The notes below the pieces were generated by a model. The model had not been told where the DNA came from, did not search any database, and saw only the letters and a list, made by a program, of their open reading frames with translations. A program made the translations under genes and the position numbers. A DNA stretch of 36,156 nucleotides from an uncultured Bacilli bacterium (GTDB taxonomy: Bacteria; Bacillota_I; Bacilli_A; RF39; UBA660). Below, piece by piece: positions 8,873-19,428 of the stretch. Positions within the stretch are counted from its first letter, which is position 1. Each line of letters starts with the position of its first letter. The stretch covers positions 1 to 36,156 of the forward strand of contig CANQDI010000003.1 of NCBI GenBank assembly GCA_947591575.1, written 5' to 3'.

Positions 8873-10006
8873 TTACTTATTTGTTTCTAATTTGGAAAGC
8901 GTTATTTCTATCGTCTTTTCTTTTCCATCTCGAATATATTCTACTTCAATTGTTTCTCCTGGTTTATGGAAATACAATTCATAACGGAGATAAGCTGAGT
9001 TTTTGACTTTATTTCCAGCAATTTTCGTAATGACATCCCCTTTTTTTAAACCAGCTTTATCAGCGCCACTATTTTCTTCAACACCTGCGACTACTACACC
9101 TTGATCCATATCTTTAGAAATTGTAATACCTTCTCGATAAAGTGCTATCAAATCCGTCGTATTAATCATTGTAACACCTAACATTGGCCACTCAATTTCT
9201 TTTCCTTTTTCAAGGGTTTCTATATGACTTACTGCATATTCAATTGGAATTGCAAAGCCCATTCCTTCTACTTCTGTTTCAACTAATTTCATAGAATTAA
9301 TTCCAATCACTTCACCGTTTATATTGAAAAGAGGTCCACCCGAATTGCCTGGATTAATTGCTGCATCTGTTTGTAAAACTTTCATGACCCAATCCGTACT
9401 ACTTGAATTACTTGTACTGACACTTATCATACGATCTTTTCCTGACAGATGTCCTGTGGTAATACTTCCTCGATATTCATATCCAAGTGGAGACCCAATA
9501 GTAAATACAAAGTCACCTAATTTCGCATTTTCACTATTTCCAAGTGGAAGCGGTGTTAAGCTATCATTTTTATCAATTCGTAAAACAGCAATATCAATAT
9601 ATGTGTCTCCTCCTAATATAGTTGCTTTTATCTCTTCATCTTTTGAAGTAATAATTTTAACTTGATCTCCGCCTGCTACAACATGTTGATTGGTCATTAA
9701 ATACGTATATTTATCATCTTTTTTATAAGCAAAACCTGTTCCTGTCGATGTTAATTGATCATCTTTATAGGTTTGTACCAACACTACACCATCATATACT
9801 TTTTGAACGGAATCAGAAACACCACTTTCATCGACGACTACTTTCGTACAGTTTTTAGCACTACAAGTCGTTCCCATCGTAGTCGTAGTTGTTTCATTCG
9901 TTCCTCCTAATAGATTTCCACCATCTACAATTGCAAAGGTAAACACACCACCTATTACAAAAGAGATAATAATGGTCAATGCATTTTTTAGTCTTTCATT
10001 CTTCAT
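8873..10006 (-). CDS. htrA: HtrA/DegP-family serine protease (TM anchor, trypsin domain, PDZ)
   Basis: TNQHV (His), DIAVL (Asp), QTDAAINPGNSGGPL (Ser), C-terminal PDZ. Confidence 0.92.
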   Translation of the reverse strand: MKNERLKNALTIIISFVIGGVFTFAIVDGGNLLGGTNETTTTTMGTTCSAKNCTKVVVDESGVSDSVQKVYDGVVLVQTYKDDQLTSTGTGFAYKKDDKYTYLMTNQHVVAGGDQVKIITSKDEEIKATILGGDTYIDIAVLRIDKNDSLTPLPLGNSENAKLGDFVFTIGSPLGYEYRGSITTGHLSGKDRMISVSTSNSSSTDWVMKVLQTDAAINPGNSGGPLFNINGEVIGINSMKLVETEVEGMGFAIPIEYAVSHIETLEKGKEIEWPMLGVTMINTTDLIALYREGITISKDMDQGVVVAGVEENSGADKAGLKKGDVITKIAGNKVKNSAYLRYELYFHKPGETIEVEYIRDGKEKTIEITLSKLETNK

Positions 10007-10958
10007 TTAAATGACTCCTTTCTATATTGGCAAGATTCTTCCAATTGGCTGGAAATCCCATTCTTTCTAATATTTTAGTAATTGGGATTGTATTTAAATT
10101 ATATGTTAAATTATCAATATGTTCTTCTATTTCAAGGACAAATCCCTGAAATTCTTCTTTAGATAACATCTGCTTCATAATAAGAAACAAAGCAAATAAA
10201 TCATTTTTTCCATAAATATATTCATCCTCTTCTTTGGGAATTCCAAGAAGTTGGTGATACAGTGTATTATTAATTGATTTTTGTGTTTTATTATCATACA
10301 AAATATCTTCATGAGCACAAAGATTTCTATAATTTGCTAAAATAGGCAAATAGCTCGACATTGTTTCAATATCGATTCCATAGATATCACATATACTTTT
10401 TTGATCATCTATTTTCAAAATGGAAAAAAGCTCTCCTACAATGCCAAAAGATAAAACTTTTACAAGAATCCACAGTGGAATATACCCATAATTAGTAATA
10501 TAGTGTTTGGTAGCACTATGTTGTGCTCCATTTACTCGAATTTGTCTTTTCATTTTGTGAAGTAAGTCCGCAACTTGTCTTTGTTTTGTACGATCACTTG
10601 TAAAATTTTTCGCTTTTAAGTAATCTTTCTCACGATATCCATATTTTTTGGATAATTGATACGAAACAATAGATTTTATATTATTTTCGATGACAAGTAA
10701 GTGTTTAAAAATAACATTTCGAATTCTTCTATCAAATAGAAAGAGACTATATAATTCTAAAAAAGTTGTACCTTCTATAAACCTTTTTTCCTGTTTTGAT
10801 TGAAAAAATGGATAACGGTACCCATTTAAGAAAAAATAATTTTCTCTTAAAAGAATCTCTTTTGCATAATTTTCATCTTCTATTTTAAGTCCTTTATATT
10901 TTAAAATTTCAATTTGTTCATCTAAATTTTTAAAATGTTTTTCCATCATTTGCATCAC
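9996..10958 (-). CDS. Abi family (AbiD/AbiF-like) HEPN protein
   Basis: EQIEILK.KGL, NYFFLNGY, LFLFDRRIR, IPLWILVKVLSFG, and HEPN motif RNLCAH; true start probably ATG ~10949 after AGGTG. Confidence 0.8.
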   Translation of the reverse strand: MMQMMEKHFKNLDEQIEILKYKGLKIEDENYAKEILLRENYFFLNGYRYPFFQSKQEKRFIEGTTFLELYSLFLFDRRIRNVIFKHLLVIENNIKSIVSYQLSKKYGYREKDYLKAKNFTSDRTKQRQVADLLHKMKRQIRVNGAQHSATKHYITNYGYIPLWILVKVLSFGIVGELFSILKIDDQKSICDIYGIDIETMSSYLPILANYRNLCAHEDILYDNKTQKSINNTLYHQLLGIPKEEDEYIYGKNDLFALFLIMKQMLSKEEFQGFVLEIEEHIDNLTYNLNTIPITKILERMGFPANWKNLANIERSHLNEE

Positions 10959-11008
10959 CTATTATAAATTATAGCACAAAAAGTGCATAAATTTGTGAAC
11001 TTTTCATG

Positions 11009-11037
11009 AAAAAAAAGAATAGTCTATTTGACCATTC
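11009..11037 (-). terminator. Intrinsic terminator after spo0A
   Basis: Minus strand GAATGGTC-AAATA-GACTATTC followed by a T run. Confidence 0.6.
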
Positions 11038-11043
11038 CATGAT

Positions 11044-11820
11044 TTATTCTTCTACTGGTAATTTATGGTATTCAAGACGGAGTTTATCAGCGACCGTCAC
11101 AATAAATTCTGAATTGGTAGGTTTTGCTTTATCAATATCAACACTATGTCCAAAAATCTCTTCCATTAGTTTCCAGTTACCTCGATTCCAAGATACTTCA
11201 ATGGCATGTCTAATAGCTCTTTCTACACGTGAAACCGTTGTATCAAACTTTTTAGCAATATCAGGGTATAATTCTTTGGTAATACCACCTACAATACCTG
11301 GATTCTCATAGATAACACTAATTCCTTCACGAATATACTGATATCCTTTAATATGAGAAGGAACTCCTAATTCATGCAGAATCTTCGTGATGGAGATTTG
11401 AAGGTTACTATGATATAAATCAAGGGAACCACCTTCTATTTTCTTATTTTTACTACATTCTAAAATTCTTTTCTCCAAGTCCATTAGTTCAAATGGTTTT
11501 AATATGAAATAACCGATTCCAAAACTAGAAACTTTTTGAATCATTTCTTGAGCATTATAAGAAGTTAAAACAATAACTTTCTTATGAATTCCCTTTTCTT
11601 TCATCTCCTCTAACACTGCAATACCATCTTTCTTTGGCATAATAAGGTCTAACAAAATGAGGTCATATTCATTTTCATTCTTTGTGATCTTTTCCAATCC
11701 TTCTACTCCATTATTTGCAGTAAGAGCAATTTCAATACTTGCGTGACTACTAAAATATTCCTTAACCATGTCGATGAGTTCTACATTATCATCGATCATT
11801 AAGACTTTTATTGTATCCAT
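11044..11820 (-). CDS. spo0A: Sporulation master response regulator Spo0A
   Basis: Receiver domain ([11 protein letters not shown]) plus Spo0A effector domain ([44 protein letters not shown]); start at 11820 preferred from RBS GGAGAAG. Confidence 0.97.
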   Translation of the reverse strand: MDTIKVLMIDDNVELIDMVKEYFSSHASIEIALTANNGVEGLEKITKNENEYDLILLDLIMPKKDGIAVLEEMKEKGIHKKVIVLTSYNAQEMIQKVSSFGIGYFILKPFELMDLEKRILECSKNKKIEGGSLDLYHSNLQISITKILHELGVPSHIKGYQYIREGISVIYENPGIVGGITKELYPDIAKKFDTTVSRVERAIRHAIEVSWNRGNWKLMEEIFGHSVDIDKAKPTNSEFIVTVADKLRLEYHKLPVEE

Positions 11821-11885
11821 TTCTTCTCCTTCCATTTTACTACACGCACTTACATTATATAACAGGAATTTCTAAAATGATAGAG

Positions 11886-11928
11886 AAAAAAAAGACTACT
11901 TTTGTCGAATAACGACAAAAGTCATCTT
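11886..11928 (-). terminator. tpiA terminator containing a perfect 0A box
   Basis: ACTTTTGTCG-AATAA-CGACAAAAGT stem with a T tract on the minus strand; TGTCGAA at 11903-11909. Confidence 0.6.
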
Positions 11929-12612
11929 TCATGCATTTTGAATTAATTGAATAACATCATCTACTTGTAAACTCATTCCTCCTATTAAAAAACCATCTAA
12001 AGTAGGTATCTTTTGAAAATCATGAATTTTTGTTAACTGAATGCTTCCACCATAAAGCACTCTACTTCCTGTTTGTTGCTTTATAAAAAGAGTTATTTCT
12101 TCTAACAATTTAACATCAATGACTTTCCCTGTTCCAATTGCCCAAATTGGTTCATAAGCAATAATTGCCTTTTTCCACATCTCTTGTGGAAAAGAGAAAA
12201 GAACTTGTAATTGTTTTTGCAATACTTCTTTTGTATTTCCCTGTTGATAATCTTCCAAACTTTCACCAATACAGAGAATTGGAGTCATTCCAGCATTAAA
12301 TATTTGAGCCATCTTTTGTTCTAAAAGCTCATTATTCTCATTGAAATAAGTTCTTCTTTCACTATGACCGACTATCCCATAAGAAACCCCTAAAGAAGCT
12401 AGACTTTTAGCAGCTTCTTCTCCTGTATAAGCTCCAGTTGGAAAAGGACTTACATCTTGTGCACAAAGAGAAAAATCTTCAAAAAAAGGAAGGAAACACA
12501 TAGAAGGAGCAAAAATAACATTTTCTTTTAAAGGGAGAGGGGATAGTTTTTGCCGATACTTTAAAATTTCCTGTTTCGTAAAATGACTTTTCTGGTTTAA
12601 TACATATAACAT
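11929..12612 (-). CDS. tpiA: Triosephosphate isomerase
   Basis: NQK, GAYTGE, GHSERR, AYEPIWAIGTG, LYGGS and GFLIGG motifs. Confidence 0.93.
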   Translation of the reverse strand: MLYVLNQKSHFTKQEILKYRQKLSPLPLKENVIFAPSMCFLPFFEDFSLCAQDVSPFPTGAYTGEEAAKSLASLGVSYGIVGHSERRTYFNENNELLEQKMAQIFNAGMTPILCIGESLEDYQQGNTKEVLQKQLQVLFSFPQEMWKKAIIAYEPIWAIGTGKVIDVKLLEEITLFIKQQTGSRVLYGGSIQLTKIHDFQKIPTLDGFLIGGMSLQVDDVIQLIQNA

Positions 12613-13842
12613 TTAACGTTTTCCTTTCTTGAATAAGTGTAGTATAGCTGTGGTAAAAGTTTTTCGATTTTTATATTCTTTGATCGTTCTTCGATATACA
12701 TCTAAAGCACTTTCTGCAAAGTGAGCAAGAGAAAAATGCTCAGCCTGAATACGTGCCTGTGTACTCATGCGCTCCAATTTTTTTCGATCTTGATATAAGG
12801 TAACAATGAGTTTTTTTAGTTCTGATTCATTTGTAAATAAATTCCCATTTAAATCATTAATGACAACACTCCGGAAAGCTTCATCATCAATTGCGAGAAC
12901 AGGTACACTACTTGCCATCGCTTCAATGACAGTTAACCCTTGTGTCTCTGTCGTTGATGCGGTTACAAAAAGGTTAGCAATATTATAATAGTAAGGCATT
13001 TCATCAAAAGAAACTTTTCCAACAAAAAATACTTTGTCTTTGAATTTACTTTCACTTACTGTTTTTTCATACTTTTGTTTATCAGGCCCATCCCCTATAA
13101 TATAAAGTTTTATATTCGAAACTTCTTTAGATACCTCTTCCATAACTCGAAATAAAAAGGGAATATTTTTTTCTTCAGCAATTCTACCTACAAAAATAAT
13201 AACAAAATCAAGTGCCTTTATTTTTAATTGCTTTCTTATGTTCATTAACATCTTTCCATCTAAATTTTCTTTATAAAATCTTGTAACATCCATTCCTGTA
13301 GGAATAATATTAATAGGTTTATCATAATGGTATTTTTCTTTGAAAAGGCGATATGTTTTCTCGGTGGGTACAATTAATTCTCTTGCTGTTTTATCACAAT
13401 AGAACATCGTTAAATATTCAACAATTTTTTTACTAGATTTATTAAAATAACCTTTTGTAATATAGTGTGTGTAATCTTCGTACATTGTATGATATGTATG
13501 AACAAGAGGAATACTTTCTTGCTTTGCAAAAAGGCGAGCAAAAATACCAATACCAAATTCAGTATGAGAATGAATAATATCCAACTTCCATGACTTCATT
13601 TGATTGATGACTTTTAAGGGATAAATGCGACTGAGCCTATAGTCATAAATTCCAATAGGTACCCCAGGAATACGAAGAATTCTATTTTCTTCATCATAGT
13701 CATACTTTAAGGCATTTTGTCCTACGGTTACAACATAAACAATATGCCCTTTTTGTTCTAAAGCTTTCTTTAACATACTGACACTAGTTGAAACTCCATT
13801 AATAAAAGGAGGATAACTATCTGTAAATAAACCAACTCTCAT
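12613..13842 (-). CDS. GT4 glycosyltransferase, probable 1,2-diacylglycerol glucosyltransferase
   Basis: FTDSYPPFINGVSTS, HSHTEFGIG, HTYHTMYEDY, ETQGLTVIEAMA. Confidence 0.85.
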   Translation of the reverse strand: MRVGLFTDSYPPFINGVSTSVSMLKKALEQKGHIVYVVTVGQNALKYDYDEENRILRIPGVPIGIYDYRLSRIYPLKVINQMKSWKLDIIHSHTEFGIGIFARLFAKQESIPLVHTYHTMYEDYTHYITKGYFNKSSKKIVEYLTMFYCDKTARELIVPTEKTYRLFKEKYHYDKPINIIPTGMDVTRFYKENLDGKMLMNIRKQLKIKALDFVIIFVGRIAEEKNIPFLFRVMEEVSKEVSNIKLYIIGDGPDKQKYEKTVSESKFKDKVFFVGKVSFDEMPYYYNIANLFVTASTTETQGLTVIEAMASSVPVLAIDDEAFRSVVINDLNGNLFTNESELKKLIVTLYQDRKKLERMSTQARIQAEHFSLAHFAESALDVYRRTIKEYKNRKTFTTAILHLFKKGKR

Positions 13843-14846
13843 TTTTGACTCCTTCCATGATGAAAGTTAAAGCAAATTGCTCCTACAATCATTCCTAAAT
13901 AATATGTAATAAAACGCCAAATTAACAAGACGGCTGATATTTTACTTCCTGCAATAAAGTTTCCAAAAAATTGTACAAAACCATATTCAATACCACCTGA
14001 AGCACCAGGAATGGGAACAAATGATCCCATAATCAAAACATAGGCAGAAGCAGTAATTGCTTCAAAAAGATGAAGAGATGTAAAATCGTGGAGACTATAT
14101 ACAATAAAAAGTGGAATAGCATAAAAGCAGAATAAACCAATAAAATTGGCAACGACTCCTACAAAAAATAATGTTTTATTTTGCTTGAGTTCTTTGGTAT
14201 ATTGATGGAAGTCATTTAAACGCTCTTCCCACTTTTCCTTTTGTTCCTCTCGATTTTTTATAAAATGAAATTTTTCTCCTAACTTTAAGAAAACGGATAC
14301 AATAAGATTTGTAAATTTTTTTGAAGAGGCAAGAAAAAGAAGAAAGAAAGCAATTCCTGTATTAATAAGAAATCCTATTAATACTAAACTTCCTAAAAAT
14401 TGATGATAAGATAAAACACCTGTTATCTGGTTATAAATAACAGCACATATTCCAAAAAGAACTAAGGCTACTTGGTAAAAAATAAAATTTAACATGATAA
14501 TGTTAGTAGCTTTTGTAGAGCGAATCCCATGTTCATGAAGCATATAAATTTCCATAGGTTGTCCACCTGTAGAAAAAGGAGTAATCCCATTAAAAAATTG
14601 TGTAATAATATTATGTTTTACTGCTTCTAATAACGAAATTTTTTTGGCATCTCCTACAGAAATATAGGTTACCCAAGCTTTTAAGAATATATATACAGCA
14701 TAGCAGCAGATAGCAACTAAAATAAATTTTAAATCAACACGTAATAAGGTAGTAACAACCTGTTGAAATTGATCTTTCAAAGAAAAATATAGAACGCCTA
14801 ATGTAATAATTAATATAATGATTGTATTTCGTTTTAAATTTTTCAT
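13839..14846 (-). CDS. Lysylphosphatidylglycerol synthase TM-domain / flippase-like membrane protein
   Basis: ITPFSTGGQP, PIPGASGGIE, WRFITYY motifs; multiple TM segments; overlaps the GT4 gene. Confidence 0.8.
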   Translation of the reverse strand: MKNLKRNTIIILIITLGVLYFSLKDQFQQVVTTLLRVDLKFILVAICCYAVYIFLKAWVTYISVGDAKKISLLEAVKHNIITQFFNGITPFSTGGQPMEIYMLHEHGIRSTKATNIIMLNFIFYQVALVLFGICAVIYNQITGVLSYHQFLGSLVLIGFLINTGIAFFLLFLASSKKFTNLIVSVFLKLGEKFHFIKNREEQKEKWEERLNDFHQYTKELKQNKTLFFVGVVANFIGLFCFYAIPLFIVYSLHDFTSLHLFEAITASAYVLIMGSFVPIPGASGGIEYGFVQFFGNFIAGSKISAVLLIWRFITYYLGMIVGAICFNFHHGRSQK

Positions 14847-14862
14847 ATTCTACATACCTCTT

Positions 14863-15291
14863 TCATATTTCTTTTACAATAGAATATATATATAAACCTT
14901 CATCATCCTCATCTAAAAGAGAAATATCATATCCTAATTCTTTTAATAATTTTTCAATCTTAGTATCGTTTACTTTTACAACAATATCCCAAATCGATTC
15001 GGTAGTAAAAAGATATTCTATACAATTTTCTAGTAAAGTAAAGACTTCTTTTATAGAATGTTTTTCTTTATTGACTATTTGTATAGATGCTTTTTTTAAA
15101 TCTTTTTCCAGTTGCACTTTACAATTTTCTAAAATGACATCATTATGAATTAAAAAGAAATCGAAATTTTTTTGATAAAATTTTTCATCTTTTGAATCAA
15201 TAGAATAAGTATCCATTGCATTTTTTTTGCAAAAATCTTGATACATAGCAAGGTGCTTTGGATTATTGAAATTAGCCTTAATGATTTGCAT
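14863..15291 (-). CDS. Hypothetical protein (possibly a degenerate GNAT-like fold)
   Basis: 142-aa ORF overlapping the pgk stop; 'EKLLKELGY' recalls the GNAT C-terminal motif, weak. Confidence 0.55.
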   Translation of the reverse strand: MQIIKANFNNPKHLAMYQDFCKKNAMDTYSIDSKDEKFYQKNFDFFLIHNDVILENCKVQLEKDLKKASIQIVNKEKHSIKEVFTLLENCIEYLFTTESIWDIVVKVNDTKIEKLLKELGYDISLLDEDDEGLYIYSIVKEI

Positions 15292-16471
15292 TCGATTGTT
15301 CTACAGCTTTTAATCCTACAAGTGTTTCAGATTCTAGGTAATTGAGGGTAGCTCCTCCTCCTGTTGATAAATGATATAATTCTTTCTCCAAATGATTCTT
15401 CATAGCACAAGCAACTGTATCTCCTCCACCAATAATTGTTCGAATTTGTTCTTTTTTTGATGCAAGATATGTAAGAAGCTCTTGGGTTCCTTTTTGATAA
15501 GATGAAAGTTCATAGGCTCCCATTGGACCATTCCAAAGAACCGTTTTAGCATCTTGTAATTGATTTTTAAAAATTTGAATCGTTTGTGGACCAATATCAA
15601 GTCCCATATCATCTATTTCCAATTTTGTAATATCTTTATAAGCAGGAGATCCATCTTTCCATTCTTTTGAAACAGCAAGATCCACGGGCAAAATGATTTT
15701 ATCTTTATATTTTTTTAACATTTTTTTACAAAAATCAAGTGAATCTTCTTCCTTCATAGAAGAACCCATAAAATATCCTTCTGCCTCTAAAAAAGGAAAA
15801 GCCATTCCTCCGCCTATTAAAATCCGATCACATTTTGGTGCAAATTTTTCAATCACACCAATTTTATCTTTTACTTTAGCTCCTCCTAAAATAACAATAA
15901 ATGGTTTCTTAGGACAAAAAACAGTATGTAATCTTTCTATTTCTTTTTCGACTAAAAAACCAATTCCACTAGGTAATAATTTTGAAATACCTACATTCGA
16001 TGCATGAGCACGATGCATAGTACCAAAAGCATCGTTAATAAAAACATCTCCTAAACTTGCCCAAAATTGTGCAAGAGAAGGATCATTCCCACTTTCTTTT
16101 TTACCATCTAAATCTTCAAATCTTGTATTTTCAAGAAGCAAGATTTCTTTTGCTTTTAATTGATTGACTGCATCTTCTACTTTTTTTCCAACACAAGCAT
16201 CTACAAAAATGACTTTTTGCTGCAACAATTGTTCTAATCGTTTAGCAACAGGTGCTAAAGTTTTTCCTTCTTTATCACTTTCTTCTTTCACTTTTCCAAG
16301 ATGGGATAATAAAATGACTTTTGCTTGATGAGAAATGGCATATTGAATGGTTTCCATTGCACCCTTAATCCTTGTATCATCTATAATCTTTCCATCTTGC
16401 ATAGGAACATTAAAGTCACAACGAATCAAAACTTTTTTATCTTGTATGTTAAAATCTCGTATTGTTTTCAT
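15278..16471 (-). CDS. pgk: Phosphoglycerate kinase
   Basis: RCDFNVP, LLENTRF, NDAFGTMHRAHAS, GGAKVKDK, WNGPMG, STGGGA. Confidence 0.97.
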   Translation of the reverse strand: MKTIRDFNIQDKKVLIRCDFNVPMQDGKIIDDTRIKGAMETIQYAISHQAKVILLSHLGKVKEESDKEGKTLAPVAKRLEQLLQQKVIFVDACVGKKVEDAVNQLKAKEILLLENTRFEDLDGKKESGNDPSLAQFWASLGDVFINDAFGTMHRAHASNVGISKLLPSGIGFLVEKEIERLHTVFCPKKPFIVILGGAKVKDKIGVIEKFAPKCDRILIGGGMAFPFLEAEGYFMGSSMKEEDSLDFCKKMLKKYKDKIILPVDLAVSKEWKDGSPAYKDITKLEIDDMGLDIGPQTIQIFKNQLQDAKTVLWNGPMGAYELSSYQKGTQELLTYLASKKEQIRTIIGGGDTVACAMKNHLEKELYHLSTGGGATLNYLESETLVGLKAVEQSNANH

Positions 16472-16511
16472 ATAGCCTCCACTTTACATCCATTATAACA
16501 GCTTTTGAGCA

Positions 16512-16535
16512 AGAAAAAAAGAGCTTGTTGCTCTT
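16512..16535 (-). terminator. Terminator or attenuator between gap and pgk
   Basis: AAGAGC-5nt-GCTCTT with a T tract on the minus strand. Confidence 0.5.
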
Positions 16536-17541
16536 ACCTTATTTCAAGCCAATATTTTGCAGTACGAAGCATCTGTGCAGAATAACCCATTTCATTATCA
16601 TACCAAGCAACGACTTTGACAAGTTGCTTTCCTTCTACTTCAGATACTGACGTTAAAAGACTATCGACTAATGAACCACAATGCTCTCCAATAATGTCAC
16701 TTGATACAATAGGATCTTCTGTATACATTAATGTCTCATTTGTATTGTTTTTGAATGCATCATTAACTTCTTCGACAGTAACATTCTTCCCCAATTTTAA
16801 TACCAAATCAACAACAGATCCTGTTGTCACTGGAACTCTCATAGCAGTTCCTTCTAATTTTCCATCTAATTGAGGAAGGACTTTTCCAATTGCACTTGCA
16901 GCCCCTGTCGATGCTGGAATAATATTTGCACTCGCAGCACGACCACGTCTTGAATAAATTCCCTTTTTGTGTGCGACATCTAACGTTGCTTGATCATTTG
17001 TATAAGCATGTACTGTTGTCATAAATCCTTGCAATACACCAAATGTTTCATCTAATACTTTTAATACAGGAGCTAGGCAATTCGTGGTACAAGATGCAGC
17101 TGAAATAATATCTTCACTACCATCCAAATCCTCGTGATTGACATTGTATACGATAGTTTTCATGTCTCCTTTTGCAGGAGCTGAAATAATCACTTTCTTT
17201 GCGCCAGCATCAATATGTGCTTTGGCTTTATCGTAACTTGTAAAAAATCCTGTACATTCCATGACAACATCAATATCCATCTCTTTCCATGGAAGGAGAG
17301 AAGGATCCTTTTCAGAAAGAACCTTAATAGTACGGTTTCCAACGACAATTCCTTCATCATTAAAAGAAATCTCATCTTTTCGATAACTTCTATGAGAAGT
17401 ATCATATTTCAGTAAGTAAGCTAGTTCTTCTGCATTCGTTAAATCATTAATGGCAACTACTTCAAAAGAAGCATCTTCTTCCATCAAACGAAATAAAATT
17501 CTACCAATTCTTCCAAAACCATTCAATGCAACTCTAATCAT
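16534..17541 (-). CDS. gap: Type I glyceraldehyde-3-phosphate dehydrogenase
   Basis: NGFGRIGR, ASCTTNCLAP, WYDNEMGYS. Confidence 0.98.
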   Translation of the reverse strand: MIRVALNGFGRIGRILFRLMEEDASFEVVAINDLTNAEELAYLLKYDTSHRSYRKDEISFNDEGIVVGNRTIKVLSEKDPSLLPWKEMDIDVVMECTGFFTSYDKAKAHIDAGAKKVIISAPAKGDMKTIVYNVNHEDLDGSEDIISAASCTTNCLAPVLKVLDETFGVLQGFMTTVHAYTNDQATLDVAHKKGIYSRRGRAASANIIPASTGAASAIGKVLPQLDGKLEGTAMRVPVTTGSVVDLVLKLGKNVTVEEVNDAFKNNTNETLMYTEDPIVSSDIIGEHCGSLVDSLLTSVSEVEGKQLVKVVAWYDNEMGYSAQMLRTAKYWLEIR

Positions 17542-17615
17542 TTTTATCTTTTCCTTTCTATTTTACTATAACAAATAAAATTCATCTTGTCGATTCCTCC
17601 TACAATTCTTTACAA

Positions 17616-19274
17616 TTATTTTGCATTAAAGTAACTTCCTCCAATAAATTCTCTCAAAATCGAATCATCCGGAATATCCTCTGATGAAATAGGTAAAATA
17701 AAGTGAAGAATATTTAGTAATCTTTTGGCCTCTTCATAATAAGGTGAATCTTCTCGAATTGAATATAAAAGAGGTTCTACATATGTTTTTAAAACACCCA
17801 GTTCATATATCAATTCTGTATTAAAAATGACATCTGCTTCATCCTGATATGGAAAGATATTTTGTTCTTCTCCATTTCGAACATTAGGCCATGTAGCAAG
17901 CGTTTTTTCAATAGAATATCCTCTTGTTCTATTATCTCTTATCATTCTTCTTAAAAGGCGATTATCTGTTGTAGAAAAACGATTTTGATTATCAATTCTT
18001 AATTCTGTTAAAGCAGATAAGTAAATTTTATATTTACAAACACGAGGAAGGTTTGTAAGAAGTGTGTCATTTAAGGCATGAATTCCTTCGATTAAAAGAA
18101 TATCATTCTTTCCCAGCTGTATCTTACTTTTAAATTCTTTTTTTCCTGTGTAAAAATTATAGGTTGGAATGAGCACTTCCTCTCCTTTAAATAATCTTTC
18201 GATTTGTTCATCAAACAGTGAAATATCAAGAGCCTTGATGGTTTCAAAATCATATTCTCCTGATGATAGAGTTGGAGTCTCATCGCGATTTACAAAGTAA
18301 TCATCCATTGAAATCATTTTGGGATTTAGTCCAAAACTTTTTAAATACATACATAACTTACTTGTTGTTGTTGTTTTTCCACTAGAAGAAGGCCCTGCAA
18401 GCAAAACAATTTTTAATTTATCTTTCTTTGCATAAATATTTTTAGCAATTTCCAATAAACGGTTATTTTGAAGCGTCTCATCCATGCGTATTAATTCTTT
18501 TACTTTTCCAGTTGAAACAACTTCATTTAAATCAGCAATTGTTTCAATTCGTAAATTTTTCCCAAATTCTTTTGCTTCTTCAAATACATCAAACATCAAA
18601 GGATGATGCTTATAAGGCATGATTTTTTCAGATTGATAAACAGTGGGAAACTGTAAAACTAAGCCTTCTTCACTTACGTATGTAACGTCAAAATCTTTTA
18701 AAAGAGAAGTTTCAACTGGCATGTAATGATAAAAATAATTATATAGATTTTCAAGGCGATAAACGGTTACATAAGTATTGGTATTATACCGCATAATTTT
18801 TGCTTTAGCATGATCATTTATTTGTTCAAAATAACGAATTGCATCAATTCTTTCTACATTCATTTTCGTAATTTTAAGATTCTTTTCTACTAAGTCATTC
18901 ATCTGTTTTTTTATATCTTCTACTTTTCCTTGATCTAAAGAAAAATTTGTCTCGATATAAATTCCTTTATCAAGAGAATGTTCTACAACAATAGAGGCGT
19001 TTTTTCCATATAAATCTTTAATTGCTTTCAACAACAAAAAAGTTAATCCTGCAATGTGTGCTCTAGAACCAATCCGTGAAGTTAAATCAAAAAAGATAAT
19101 GAAAGAATCTTCATCGACACTGTCACTTAATTCATGATAAAATCCATTGACACTCGCAAGGAGAATTGGATAGCAAAATTTTTCCTGAAAAGATTTACTA
19201 ATTTCTAATAGAGTACTTCCTTTTGGAACTTCTATCATCTTATCTAATACTGTCACTTTAATGTTCTCAATCAC
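17616..19274 (-). CDS. Nucleoside (uridine) kinase with an N-terminal ThrRS-like domain
   Basis: N-terminal TGS/ThrRS-N-like region; AGPSSSGKTT P-loop, SMDDYF, IEGIHALN, RLLRRMIRD; GTG start. Confidence 0.85.
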   Translation of the reverse strand: MIENIKVTVLDKMIEVPKGSTLLEISKSFQEKFCYPILLASVNGFYHELSDSVDEDSFIIFFDLTSRIGSRAHIAGLTFLLLKAIKDLYGKNASIVVEHSLDKGIYIETNFSLDQGKVEDIKKQMNDLVEKNLKITKMNVERIDAIRYFEQINDHAKAKIMRYNTNTYVTVYRLENLYNYFYHYMPVETSLLKDFDVTYVSEEGLVLQFPTVYQSEKIMPYKHHPLMFDVFEEAKEFGKNLRIETIADLNEVVSTGKVKELIRMDETLQNNRLLEIAKNIYAKKDKLKIVLLAGPSSSGKTTTTSKLCMYLKSFGLNPKMISMDDYFVNRDETPTLSSGEYDFETIKALDISLFDEQIERLFKGEEVLIPTYNFYTGKKEFKSKIQLGKNDILLIEGIHALNDTLLTNLPRVCKYKIYLSALTELRIDNQNRFSTTDNRLLRRMIRDNRTRGYSIEKTLATWPNVRNGEEQNIFPYQDEADVIFNTELIYELGVLKTYVEPLLYSIREDSPYYEEAKRLLNILHFILPISSEDIPDDSILREFIGGSYFNAK

Positions 19275-19428
19275 ATTCTCACCTTCTTACTCTTCTATAA
19301 TAGTATATCATACTCTTTCTTATTCTTCCTACTTTCTTTTCTCTTTTTATCAGTTTAAGAAAAATTTGTCATTTTTTTAAGGGTATCTTTTCAGATGATT
19401 CTTCCTAAAATATCAATAGGTGATAAAC

